Positions 49,801-64,000 of a stretch of 64,000 bases of DNA are shown here, piece by piece (position 1 is the stretch's first letter; every line of letters starts with the position of its first letter). The stretch is from Guillardia theta CCMP2712 (Eukaryota > Protista > Cryptophyta). The notes beneath the pieces were generated by a model that did not search any database, was not told where the DNA came from, and saw only the letters and a list, made by a program, of their open reading frames with translations. The position numbers and the translations under genes are program-made. The stretch spans positions 267,038 to 331,037 of the forward strand of contig NW_005434612.1 in the NCBI RefSeq assembly GCF_000315625.1. Reading direction: 5' to 3'.

Positions 49801-51722
49801 AAACGACCTTTGAAGATTGCCTCAAGGCGGCTAGAAATGGATCCATCGATTGGACAGGTTTGTGAAAGTTGTTCCAAGGATGCGATTGACGGTTGCTTCA
49901 GAGATTCGATTCAACTCTGAGAGGATGCAAGCATCTCGAATCAGGAGGGACCCAATTGGAGCAGATAGATTCGGGCGAGAGTACTTTTGGGACCGCAAGA
50001 AGTTGGTGGCAGAGATAACAGAAGGTGCTTCCTTCTTGGAAAATTTGGGGTTCGGAAGGATCAGCTTTTATCACTCCTTGGAAGAACTGGGAAAGTTGTC
50101 CGATTGCATGGATCCTAAGGTAGACTTGCATTGACATGACATGAGATTATTGACTTGAACAGATTCAATCAGAAAAGAATTTGCAGGATTGGATTCAGGT
50201 GAGGGGATCTTGGTTCAACGCTTTTGAGTTGTAACAAGCCCTGCCAGGCTAACAGGGAGCTTTTCAAGGGCATGAGCAAAGACTCAATTGTGGCTGAATG
50301 GCAGAAATCAAGCATGAATGGAACGGATCATGCAAAAACTTTCTGTGATCTCATGGTCGAACAAGTCTTCGATGTGAGGAGAAGTATCATGTCAATCCCA
50401 CAGCATCGAACTCTGCTGAAATGCGCAAGGAATCTTGACAAAATCATGGGCTGTGACAAAGGTGACAAGCAGAAGTACGAGGAAAAGTGTGTGTCTGTTG
50501 CCAAGAAATTCCTGCTTGACGCTGAGGAAATTCTTCTTGAACGTGGGGCATTCTCAACACATTGGCGGGATAAGAGAAGGCCTGGGTTTCGAGAAAGTGT
50601 GAATTCGGCCATGACATCTGCAGTTCTCAGTTTACAGGTGAAATAGCCTCTTCATTGCTGTCAATTGACTTGTTCTGTTTTGCACAGATGCATTATTTTC
50701 GGGATTTCGGGCTGGATCTTATCTTGACCTTCTCTACCAGGTTTAGAGCGTTTTATCCTTGCTCGCAAGAATGATTCCGTTTCAGGGAGTTGAATAAGAG
50801 CTCATGGCAACGACAGCGCAAGGGGAAAATCTTTTGCCCGTCGCCGTTACAGGAAGTCTAGTAAGTCGATATCCTCGAGGGTTAAGTGGAGCTCTTACCA
50901 AACAAACCAGCTATGTGAGAAACGGGCATGAGGAGCATATACAGAAGTATGGCAAGAATGCATGGGATGAAGATTTGAGGCCTAAGAAAGTAGAACGCTG
51001 TCAGGTCCTTATTCTGTTTCTCCTGTCCTCCCCTCAGCCGGAATCTCAGGTGGAAGATGTTAAGTACTTCGAAGGGAAAGACAAAGACGAATGGCCTTTT
51101 GCCGTCATAACGTTGCGATCCCTTGAGACCGAAGACGAAACGTTAGAGGGCCAACCCCCCGAGGGTGAGGTCTTCCACCTGACTCTGCATTGCGGGCATT
51201 CGCTACCTGAGCTGCTGGTGGACGCGCGGGTCTTTCAGAGGTTTCCCCACGCTCCTGGTCGCCTGTCTGACACAGTCATAGGAGTTTGAGACCATGGAAA
51301 GAAGGAGAGAAGGTCAAGATGTGGTTTTCAAACGAGGACCAGACGGGTGGGCACTACTACCTTGGCACTTTCCTCTCACAGGTGGGCATGTGATCAGGCG
51401 ATTGTTGTTGGTGACGTGGCTTCAGCACGTGGGAGAGGACGAAGACGTTTGGAACTCCATCACTGTCCAGTGGGATGATGGAGAAGAGATGCAGGTAAGT
51501 GGCTTTTCAACGCCAACGTGCGTTGAGTCATGGGGCCATGTAGGTTTGCCCGTGGGAGCTCTTGAGAGAGGGAGATCAAGACATGGACGTGGATGCGCAG
51601 GAATTCACTGAGAGGATTCCATTCCAGGTTTGGGTTGACGTTTGTGGGGGCAGTGTGAGAAATGAAGTTCGTTCCAGGGAGGCAAGAACATAGTCAAAAT
51701 CAAGTTGAACAAAGAGAACTGA
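46855..51722 (+). CDS. Chromatin protein with Bromo, RFTS-like, DDT, WHIM1, Bromo, WSD and BRWD-like C-terminal domains; multi-exon
   Basis: Bromo1 YFCDP|VDP..LPDYFDVIDRPMDFGTI..FSNAM|VYN; WIRGAFAWYKLEEP; DDT LNFYETFS..LHIGLISLL..TWPEHLR; WHIM1 YSTMPVLMRWRALNWLC; Bromo2 DYLNVVKVPMDLGTV; WSD RRDPIGADRFGREYF; C-terminal YVRNGHEE..ITVQWDDG..VCPWEL. Confidence 0.85.
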
Positions 51723-51796
51723 GGGCGACATTCTATCTGTGCACAAGTTTTAACAAAGGCGTCGGGGAAACAATGATTGCAGCTACAACGAAGGGG

Positions 51797-52606
51797 CTAT
51801 ACCACCTCTAGCTCCTGACAAGCCACACGGCCCAACTTCCCCTTGTGCTGGAGAGGAACTGATGAAAAAACGTGGCAACGCCCCAAAGGGAGGAATCTTG
51901 ACAAAACTTGAGTCTGAAAGAATAGCATACAGGAGAGTAAAAGGATCAAGACGCCGAGGAGTATGACCAGCCTGTCACCTCCGTTCACATACAAACTGAT
52001 CAGAACCGCCCCTGTAGAGAATCCTGCAGCAAGGAGGCTGAAGATCAAGACGTCCTTCAAGCACTTGGCTTCCTCTGTTGAGGCACAGGCGACTGCTGAG
52101 CTTGCAAGCAGCGACCGCCTGTCACTGTCAGGTATGCTGAACTCAGGCTGCAGCATCGGGCATGGGCCAGCCTGATGAGCTCGGGAGACGAGGATCTTGA
52201 TGGGGGCAGGAGGCGGAGAACTCGGCAGGTCGGAGAAATCACCAGCGATACACTCTAGGATGACTTCAAGGTGGCGCTTCTGGTGCGGAGTCGCGATGAA
52301 TCGACTACCATCATCCACCAACACAAGGGCTGATTCATGGTGCTTCGACGCGAGGAATTCCTGGATGGAGACGTCGTGGTCTGCCGGGAGAACAATGCTG
52401 TCGTGCTTGTACAAGATCTTCAACCTTCTGCCTCTGGTAAGATAGTTCTTCTTGTGAGACCTCTTGATCTTCTTGATCCCCCGAGACCTCAACTCTCTCA
52501 TCCTCCTCTTCTTCACGCCATTTCCGTCGTCCCTCACAACGTCAGTGTCCTGAAGTGCATTTTGCCATGGTGCCGAGGGTTTGAATTTTGAAATTTTGGA
52601 CCTCAT
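51797..52606 (-). CDS. Hypothetical protein, basic N-terminus and two C-terminal TM helices
   Basis: 269-aa ORF with hydrophobic segments VLIFSLLAAGFSTGAVLISLYV and LVILLGVLILLLSCMLFF. Confidence 0.5.
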   Translation of the reverse strand: MRSKISKFKPSAPWQNALQDTDVVRDDGNGVKKRRMRELRSRGIKKIKRSHKKNYLTRGRRLKILYKHDSIVLPADHDVSIQEFLASKHHESALVLVDDGSRFIATPHQKRHLEVILECIAGDFSDLPSSPPPAPIKILVSRAHQAGPCPMLQPEFSIPDSDRRSLLASSAVACASTEEAKCLKDVLIFSLLAAGFSTGAVLISLYVNGGDRLVILLGVLILLLSCMLFFQTQVLSRFLPLGRCHVFSSVPLQHKGKLGRVACQELEVV

Positions 52607-52694
52607 AGTGTAAATTTGAAATTTTATAACATTGTTTCTTTTTTGCTGATTCCTTCCGGAGTCCGAACTTCTTTAATAATCAAAGTTAAGTTAA

Positions 52695-52764
52695 TCCTGC
52701 CAACTGCTGTCCCCCAAACTTAAACTGATACAGTTTTAAGTTTGGGGGACAGCAGTCGGCAGGA
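52695..52764. repeat. Near-perfect 70-bp palindrome (hairpin)
   Basis: tcctgccaactgctgtcccccaaacttaaactg-ata-cagttttaagtttgggggacagcagtcggcagga: 33-bp stem with one mismatch and one extra T. Confidence 0.92.
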
Positions 52765-52969
52765 ATAGGTTTGGTTCTCGCTGTCTTTTCTCTTCTCGCC
52801 GTTTGGCCTGTGCGACAGTGTCAGGGTCAAGCCTCCTCGACTCTCCTGATTGTCCTCGTACTGATTTTTAACTTAACTTTGAGTAAAGAAAAGATACCGT
52901 GACCTTCACTTAAAACTGCGCGCTGTACGGTCGCAGGACCATTCCCCCGACTCGACTCTAATAGCCTAG

Positions 52970-53310
52970 TAGCTCGGAATTTGCCCCGCGGCACGGCCCG
53001 CCGGGTCCGCACTGCCGGCGGCAGCTGCCCCGGGCCGGGCAGGCCCGGCCGGCAACCGGGACCGTCAGGGACTCCGAGTCCGGAGTCCGGTGACTGCCAC
53101 CGTGACTGACTCAGTCAGTTGATCTTGACCATGCCATAGGTCACTCAGTAGCCTGAGCCTGGACTCCCGCGGGCACTGTGGCCGGGCCGCCATACCGTGT
53201 ACCGTCTCAATACCGGCCGCGGCGCACCGTGACTTACCAGGCTGAGTGCTGCCGGGAAAACTTTGGCACCGGTGACCGGGGAGTCCCTGGGCCCGGCCGG
53301 GCGGTGTCAG
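52970..53310. promoter_or_regulatory. CCGG-rich island in a divergent intergenic region
   Basis: Same composition as 11027-11420; lies between two gene starts. Confidence 0.4.
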
Positions 53311-53345
53311 ATCCTCATCCCCGCTCTTGCAATTGCACGTGTAGT

Positions 53346-53477
53346 ATGAGAAAGAGCTTCGGGATGACGAAGGAGGGAGGAAAAGGGGAGGAAGGGAGGC
53401 GAAGAGGAGAAGAAGAGAAGGAAAGAAGGCACACTGGTGCATCAGAAGGTAAACATAACAACAACAAGATGAAAACG

Positions 53478-53518
<41 letters not shown>

Positions 53519-55974
53519 GAACCATGCGGGCAAGAGCAAGAAAAGTCCGAAAATCGACAGCGCCCCAAAAAGCTCCATGGACAAGGTCAAGTTTCACATA
53601 TACAAGCAAACAGGTAGTTTTGATGACAAGACTCCTCTAATCCCCAAGAAATTCCGAAAGCCGAAAAATCATGACGACAAGGCTGAAAATGACCAGGAGA
53701 AACAGGGCGAAGGGGAGAAGGAGAAGGAGGAGAAGAAGGAAGAGGCAGAGGCAGAAGAGAAACAGGGCTCTCCCATCTCCATGGCTCAGATAGCACAGAG
53801 AATGCAAGGAGACCCTACTGAGGCAGACTTCTTGAACTTGTCCAAGATGGGAATCTCCGAGCTACCTGATCTCTCAAGCTGCACCAACCTAAAGAGACTG
53901 GACCTTACAGATAACGCGATCTCATCCTTGAAAGAGATATCGGACTGCAAGGAGATCAACTGGCTGTCTTTGAAGGACAACAAAGTGACAGACCTCACTC
54001 CCATCCGTAGGATGAGGAAGATGGACGTTCTTACGCTGTCTAGCAACATGATCGAGATATTGGATCCCATCGCCTCGATGAACAAACTCAAGGCCCTGAT
54101 CGCCAACAACAACAGGGTCTCTTCGTTCTCCGGTCTTTCAGGTAGATGACGGACGTGAAGGATGGGTGGAGGCTGGTTGATGCTGTGGTGAAGGTTTGGT
54201 CAACGTCACCACTCTCGTTCTTTCGCACAATCTGATCAGCGAGATCGATGGGATCTCGGGCCTGAAGAACCTCAAGAAGCTCTCGCTTGCGCACAACCAG
54301 ATCAGAGTAATCCCAGACATGCGGCATCACCCGCTGCTTGAAGAGGTATCCCAGCGATCTTCCTTCCATGATGGGGCTGGCACTCGTGATCGAACGACTG
54401 ATGCGCTACAACATGACTGCACCTCACTCACTTTCTTGACTTCTCTCGATTGCCTCGCAGCACTCCCTCTCTTTGTTCCGAGCTCATCGTCTCTGCAGTT
54501 GCGTCTGAATGACAACAAGATCCAACGAGTCCCGGAAACCATCGACCGCAACCCTTGTCTCAAGTTGATGGACCTGGTTGACTGTCTCCCATGTTGTCAA
54601 CTCGCTGATGCTGGGCCAACCTCAGGGAAAGAATCGTCTGTACGACATTGGCGATCTTTTCAGGCTAGGACAATGTAGAAAGATAATCAATCTCAACCTT
54701 CTTGGTAGAAATCTTATCTCTCTTTCTAACACTCACCCTTCTCTTCCTTCCCTCCCTCCCTCCCTCCCTCCCTCCCTCCCTCCCTCCCTCCCTCCCTCCC
54801 TCCCTTCCCCCCTCCCTCTCTTGTCCCGCTCCCACCTTTCAATTTTATTCTCGTCTGACTGTCATGTTTGCAGGAAACACAAGGTTGTGTTCCCAGGAGG
54901 GATACAGAGAAAAGGCATTGAAGTGCTTGCCGGACCTTGTAATTTTTGACGGGAAGAAAGTGAGTGACGCGCTGTCAGTGAGATGTCGATTGACGCCGGC
55001 GTGAAGGTGATAGAAGATGAATCTAAGAAGAAGCGAGTGAGAAAGAACCATGACCCCAATCGCTCGAAAAAGGTTCGCAGATTCCACTCCGGACCTGATC
55101 CCTGATTGCTGTGAAAGGGGAAGGAACAGAGCGAGACGAAGGAGGAGGAGGAGGAGGAGGAGGGGAAAGAGGAGGAAGTGGAGGCTGATAAGACGGAGAA
55201 GGCTAGCAAGAAGGGTGGAAAAGCAGAGCAGCGCAAGGAGAGTTCGAAAGGGAAACAACCTACAAAAGCTGGCGATGCCAAGTCGGAGACGAGGAGCGAG
55301 AAGAAGAGGAAGCGTCCGTCCAAACCTGAGGAGGAAGCCGAGGAGCAGGAGGGGAGCAAGGGCAGGCAAAAGAAACGAGATCACGACACGATGACGAGCC
55401 AGAGCAAGGAGAAGAACCCCTTCGATCTCGTTCTGCAGAAGAAGCAGAAGACGACGAGCAAGGAGGGCAAGGAGGTAAAGGAGCTGGGGGATGGCTGGGA
55501 GAACCCAAAGGCGCACAAGGGGCAAGACAAACCCGGGGAGAAGAACGAGGAGGAGATGGCGGGTGATTCTTTTCGCGATATCTCTCTTGTTCATCTTGAC
55601 ATGTGCTGCAGAGAGGAATGAGGGAGGGAACACAAACGACAGCCAACACTCAGGCGTCGTCGAGATCAAAACATTCCAAGGGGCTGCTAAGGTGAGGACA
55701 ACTCCCTGACGAGCTTCACTTCCCCTTGTTCTCGTCAAACTCGTCGTCTTCCTCTCCCTTCCAACTATCGCTTCCGCTTCTCTTGTCTCAGCCTCTTTGT
55801 GTTTCCCTTTGCCTCTCCTTTTCTCTCCATCCATTCTCATCGACTCTTTCACAGGTTGCCAAGGCAGAGCCAGCAAAGGCGAGCAAGAAGAAGTTTGTTG
55901 ACCTAGAAGCTCGTCAAGACTTTTTGACCAAGACGGAGGAAGTAGGGATGGGAGGAGACTCATCATGGGATTAA
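53346..55974 (+). CDS. SDS22-like leucine-rich-repeat protein with Lys/Glu-rich termini, multi-exon
   Basis: Repeated LxxLxLxxNxI (LKRLDLTDNAI, INWLSLKDNKV, LKKLSLAHNQI); LRRcap YREKALKCLPDLVIFDG; C-terminus EVGMGGDSSWD. Confidence 0.85.
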
Positions 55975-56113
55975 GACTCTCTTGTATAACTTTACAACCC
56001 TCCCCATCCCCTCAGCACACCGCCTGTTATTCTCCCTCCCGCTCCCCCTCCCCGTCCTCCTCTCGCTCCTCCTACTCTCCTCCTCCTCTTCCTCCCGCAA
56101 GAGTAAGAATATA

Positions 56114-57304
56114 TCAGTGGCCCCCGGAACTCTTGGCATTGGGGAGGAAGACGCTCTTCAGCTCGTCATAGATCACCAGCACAAGAGCGCTTCCTATCGC
56201 CCTCACGGAGTTGGCGAACGCGCCCTTGTACAGCAGAGCCACTCCTCCTTGCTTCAGCGTGTGCTGCAGGCAACCCCATGACGTGGTGTACAGTTTGTCG
56301 CTCCTCCCGCTCATCATCATCATGTTGCGACGGATGGTATCCAGCGGGTACGCGCACAGGGCAGAGAAGATGTCGATAGTTAGCGCCATGCCGAACTTGG
56401 TGACCACTGCTCCGACCGAGTGCGCGTTTGCCCCCTGCCCGACCCCCATGATGGGCATCACGTAGACCTTACTGAAGTCGTAGAGCCCGAAGTAGCCGGC
56501 CCGGTACACGATGATCCCGGCGACTGAGGGCCCGTAGCCCCGATACAGCCCGCGGATCCCGTCAGACTTCACCGTCTTGGACATACAGTCCGCGATCCCA
56601 TTGAACTTCCTGGCTGGACCCTTGCCAGCTGCCGCGCCCGCCGCTCCATGGGCGACGCCGGTGTCGGCAGCGAGGCGAGTGTAGGTGAACTCGAGGGGGT
56701 AGCTCACTGTAAGCGCCGTAGCCCCTGCTGCTCCTCCTGCAGCCAAGTAGCCCATGAACCAGCGGGTGAAGCCTACCTCCTCCCGGGGGCGCACGAAGAG
56801 CTTCTGGTAGCGCTCCTTGAAGGCAAAGTTCATCGCCTGCGTCGGGAAGTACCGCAGGCAGTTGGATAGATTGCCTCTCCACAGAGCAAGCACTCCCTGG
56901 CAAGATCGTGAGTCGGAGGTGCGAGGATACGAGGGGTGGGGGAGGATAAGCGCTGGGAAGGGAGGGGGGAGGGAGGGTGAACGTGCGTCTGAGGGAAGGA
57001 GGCAAGAATGGGGCGAGAATGAAGAGAAGATGGCGGCGGGAGAGGAGGATTGCTCCTGTCTACCTGCTCCTTGGGGACTTTGAAGAGAGCGTCGACCATG
57101 CCCTTGTACTTCTGGCCCTCAGCATTGAGCGACCCGACTTGCAACAAGATCTTGACTCTCTCCAGCGGGGCGCAGGTTGTCTTGGCGATGACGCCACTGG
57201 TCCCTGCGCACCATGAGCCGTCACTTGCCTGCGAGAGCGAAGAAGGATAAGTCACCTCCGAGCACAAGATCCTGCAAGAAGCGAAGAGGTTTGTTCTCAG
57301 CCAT
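56114..57304 (-). CDS. AAC: Mitochondrial ADP/ATP carrier (SLC25 ANT/AAC family), three exons
   Basis: AKTTCAPLERVKILLQ, LWRGNLSNCLRYFPTQAMNFAFK, YPLEFTYTRLAAD, GLYRGYGPSVAGIIVYRAGYFGLYD, YPLDTIRRNMMM. Confidence 0.92.
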
Positions 57305-58001
57305 GTCTGATCCAGCAATGATTGTTGCTGGCATGAAGAAAGTCAGTGTCATGGTAAGTGATGTCGTTTGTCTTTGAGCTTTGAGGTCCCGTTCCTTGTA
57401 CACTTCTGTCTTTATTCTGCGTGCCATCCTTTCCGCTGCTCTTCATACTGCTCCACTCTCCCTCTCCTATCTCCCATCGCCTTTCGCCTGATCTTCCTCT
57501 ACCTTCCTCCCTACCTCCCCTCCTCCTCCCTACCTCCCCCTATCTCACCCCCACTCTTTGCCTCTCCTCCCTCCCTCCCTCCCTCCCTCCCTCCTTCCGC
57601 CTGCTCTCAACAGCGCACGCGCATGTCTAGAGGTCACTAGGCCTCACATACGGGGGGTCGGGGTACTCAACATAACATATCTCACCCCTCATTATCGTAT
57701 ACAAATGTAGGGGTGAAATCAATAGAGACTGGGTGGGGGGTTATCAGATTGGTGTATTGCAGCTCATAACCCTATTTTGCGCAACATCCCGACCGGGGCC
57801 GGGCCAACGGTGCCACGGTCACTGAGATGAGAGTGTCGACCGGGGATCGCCCGGCGGCTGCAGGGCCGGGCCTGCCGATCGAGATCGTACGGTACCTTAG
57901 GTGCAGTGGGCCGCCGGGCCCGGGAGTCCCCCGATGATCCGATCTGACCGGGCCGGGGCGAGACGCCGTGTGAGTAAAGGATATTACTAGGAGTACTCAG
58001 A

Positions 58002-62253
<4,252 letters not shown>

Positions 62254-62743
62254 AGCGCACGTGCAATGCGGGCCAACCCCTACACTGTCGGAATCTCTTC
62301 AGAAGCTTCCAACGCTAAACTCACAAATATGTCTAAATTTTAGATTTAATCATAGTATTAAAACTAATGTATGTCATTTTAGTGTTAATTGTATTTTGAG
62401 TGAAAGTGCAGGGGAGTTTGTTGACAGCGCAGGCGACTGAAAACGGGGGAGGAAGCAGGGGAGAGGAGGAGGAGGGAGGGACTGAGGACTGAGGGGAGGG
62501 GAAGGAGGTGAACAGAGGGGGAGGGAGGGGGAGGGAGAGTTGTTGAGGAGAGCTCCAGGTGATGTTTTGAGGTAGAGGACTATAGTGCATGTCATGAAAT
62601 GGCCGCCCTGCCCGCGACCTCTTCAAATTCCTCCGAATGAACTGACAGCATGTTTGTCCTCCAGGGCTAAAGGCCAACTCACCGTCGGTCTTGTTTGATA
62701 CTAGCATCAACTAGCTTTCATCCGCATCCAACAGCTCTTCAGC

Positions 62744-64000
62744 ATGAGCAGAGCGGATAGCAGCCTGTTACTTGCAGGGGAGGAGGAGCAGGGCCAGGGC
62801 AAGTACACCGACATCGATGAAGCGACCCCTTCCAAGAAGCCGCCGCTGTCGACCCTCAGGCTCATCTGTCTTAACATGCACGCTTTCAACTATGGCTTGT
62901 TCTATGCTTCGGTCGGCGTGCTCCTGCTCCCGGAGGAGGCCCTGCACATGTTCAACGAGTCGCACGCGATCTTCCTAGCTGTCATGTTGGTCATAGCCGG
63001 GGTCAGCCAGCTGATCTCACCTGCAGCGGGGTATTGGTCTGATAGGTTGATCTCTAGAATGGGTCGTAGGATGCCCTTCATCTTGGGGGGGAACTTGGTC
63101 TTGTTCTTGTCTCTGGGGTGTATGTATCTAGCAAGGACGTACTTGTACGGTTACACTTACCTGCTTCTTCTCTTCGTGGCAGTCTTGGCTCTCAATGTTG
63201 CCTACACTGGCTTCACTGGGCTTGTGTCAGATGTTGTCGACATGTCACAGATGGGATACGCGTCGGGAATCATGGGGGGGTTGACGGCAGCAGGGGCAGT
63301 GCTGGGACTGGTCAGTCTGGGCTTCTGGATCCCGCTGGACATGGCGTACGGACTGTACGCCATTGCAGTGGTCGCAACGACGCCCTTCACTTGGCTGTCT
63401 GTTCGAGACGCTCCGCTGCCCTTCGACAAGCAGAAACCTTACCTCTTCTCGGAGCTGCTCAAGAGCTACTGGATCTCCCCGACGACCCACGGGGATTTCT
63501 TCTGGGTGTTCGTCTCGCGTACTTTCTACTACATGGGTGTTTCCATTCAGATATACATCTTGTACTACCTCAAGGATACCATGAAAGACCCTGAGATCAG
63601 CGGCAATGCACAGAAATACACTGCGATCCTATGCATTCTGTCCCAGAGCGCGTCAGGAATCGTCGCTGCGGTCTCCGGCAAGTTCTCAGACGGGATGGGC
63701 AGGAAACCTCTAATCTACTTCTCCTGCCTCATCATGGCCTTGGTGTACATCGGTTACTGCTTCATCGATGACTACCAGTGGGTCATCGCTCTTGGCCTCT
63801 GCTACGGAGCCAGTAATGGGGTCTATTTGGCGGTAGACTATGCCCTGGCTGTCGAGTGTCTGCCACAGAAGGAAGACCATGCTCGCGATCTTGCGATGTG
63901 GGGCATTGCCGCCTTCTTGGGCACAATGTTCGGTCCCTGCGTTACTGGCCCCATGCTGACCATCATCGGTGGCCAAGGGACAAGCCATTATGCATTCCGT
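62744..64000 (+). CDS. MFS transporter (GPH / sucrose-symporter SLC45-like), 3' truncated by the window end
   Basis: Frame open from ATG 62744 to the edge (absent from the ORF track because it has no stop): MSRADSS...GYWSDRLISRMGRRMPF and GKFSDGMGRK are MFS motif A, with many TM helices. Confidence 0.88.
   Translation, partial: MSRADSSLLLAGEEEQGQGKYTDIDEATPSKKPPLSTLRLICLNMHAFNYGLFYASVGVLLLPEEALHMFNESHAIFLAVMLVIAGVSQLISPAAGYWSDRLISRMGRRMPFILGGNLVLFLSLGCMYLARTYLYGYTYLLLLFVAVLALNVAYTGFTGLVSDVVDMSQMGYASGIMGGLTAAGAVLGLVSLGFWIPLDMAYGLYAIAVVATTPFTWLSVRDAPLPFDKQKPYLFSELLKSYWISPTTHGDFFWVFVSRTFYYMGVSIQIYILYYLKDTMKDPEISGNAQKYTAILCILSQSASGIVAAVSGKFSDGMGRKPLIYFSCLIMALVYIGYCFIDDYQWVIALGLCYGASNGVYLAVDYALAVECLPQKEDHARDLAMWGIAAFLGTMFGPCVTGPMLTIIGGQGTSHYAFR

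Noticed and set aside
53455-53520. Poly-Asn tract in the LRR protein
   Set aside because: It is an (AAC)n repeat that may lie in an intron starting gtaaac at ~53449; not supportable as coding.

Overview
Eukaryotic, gene-dense nuclear DNA. Genes have GC-rich third codon positions and many GT-AG introns, with a ctgac/ctcac branch point close to a cag acceptor and frequent microsatellite filling. This style suggests a cryptophyte alga such as Guillardia theta; that assignment is inference. In order, the window holds: a membrane-protein 3' end, a C2-domain gene, TDP1, a coiled-coil gene, an ~8.3 kb locus with seven near-identical copies of an unknown 107-aa ORF, a secreted S8 subtilase with PA, EGF and three CUB domains, membralin, an LRAT/NC-domain gene, a giant MORN-IQ-TPR gene, a SAM-TM-U-box gene, a tandem PAS/LOV-like gene, a Bromo-RFTS-DDT-WHIM-Bromo chromatin gene, a 2-TM orphan, an SDS22-like LRR gene, an ADP/ATP carrier, UTP14, and an MFS transporter that runs off the end. 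The most striking structure is at 11.5-19.9 kb. Six tandem copies have homogenised 446-bp cores and independently rearranged spacers. A seventh, inverted copy forms a 619-bp-arm inverted repeat that could make hairpin RNA against all copies. Manual splicing also reveals a PBZ zinc finger at the TDP1 N-terminus, next to SIM-like and MIU-like motifs. Exon boundaries were read by eye and no database searches were run.
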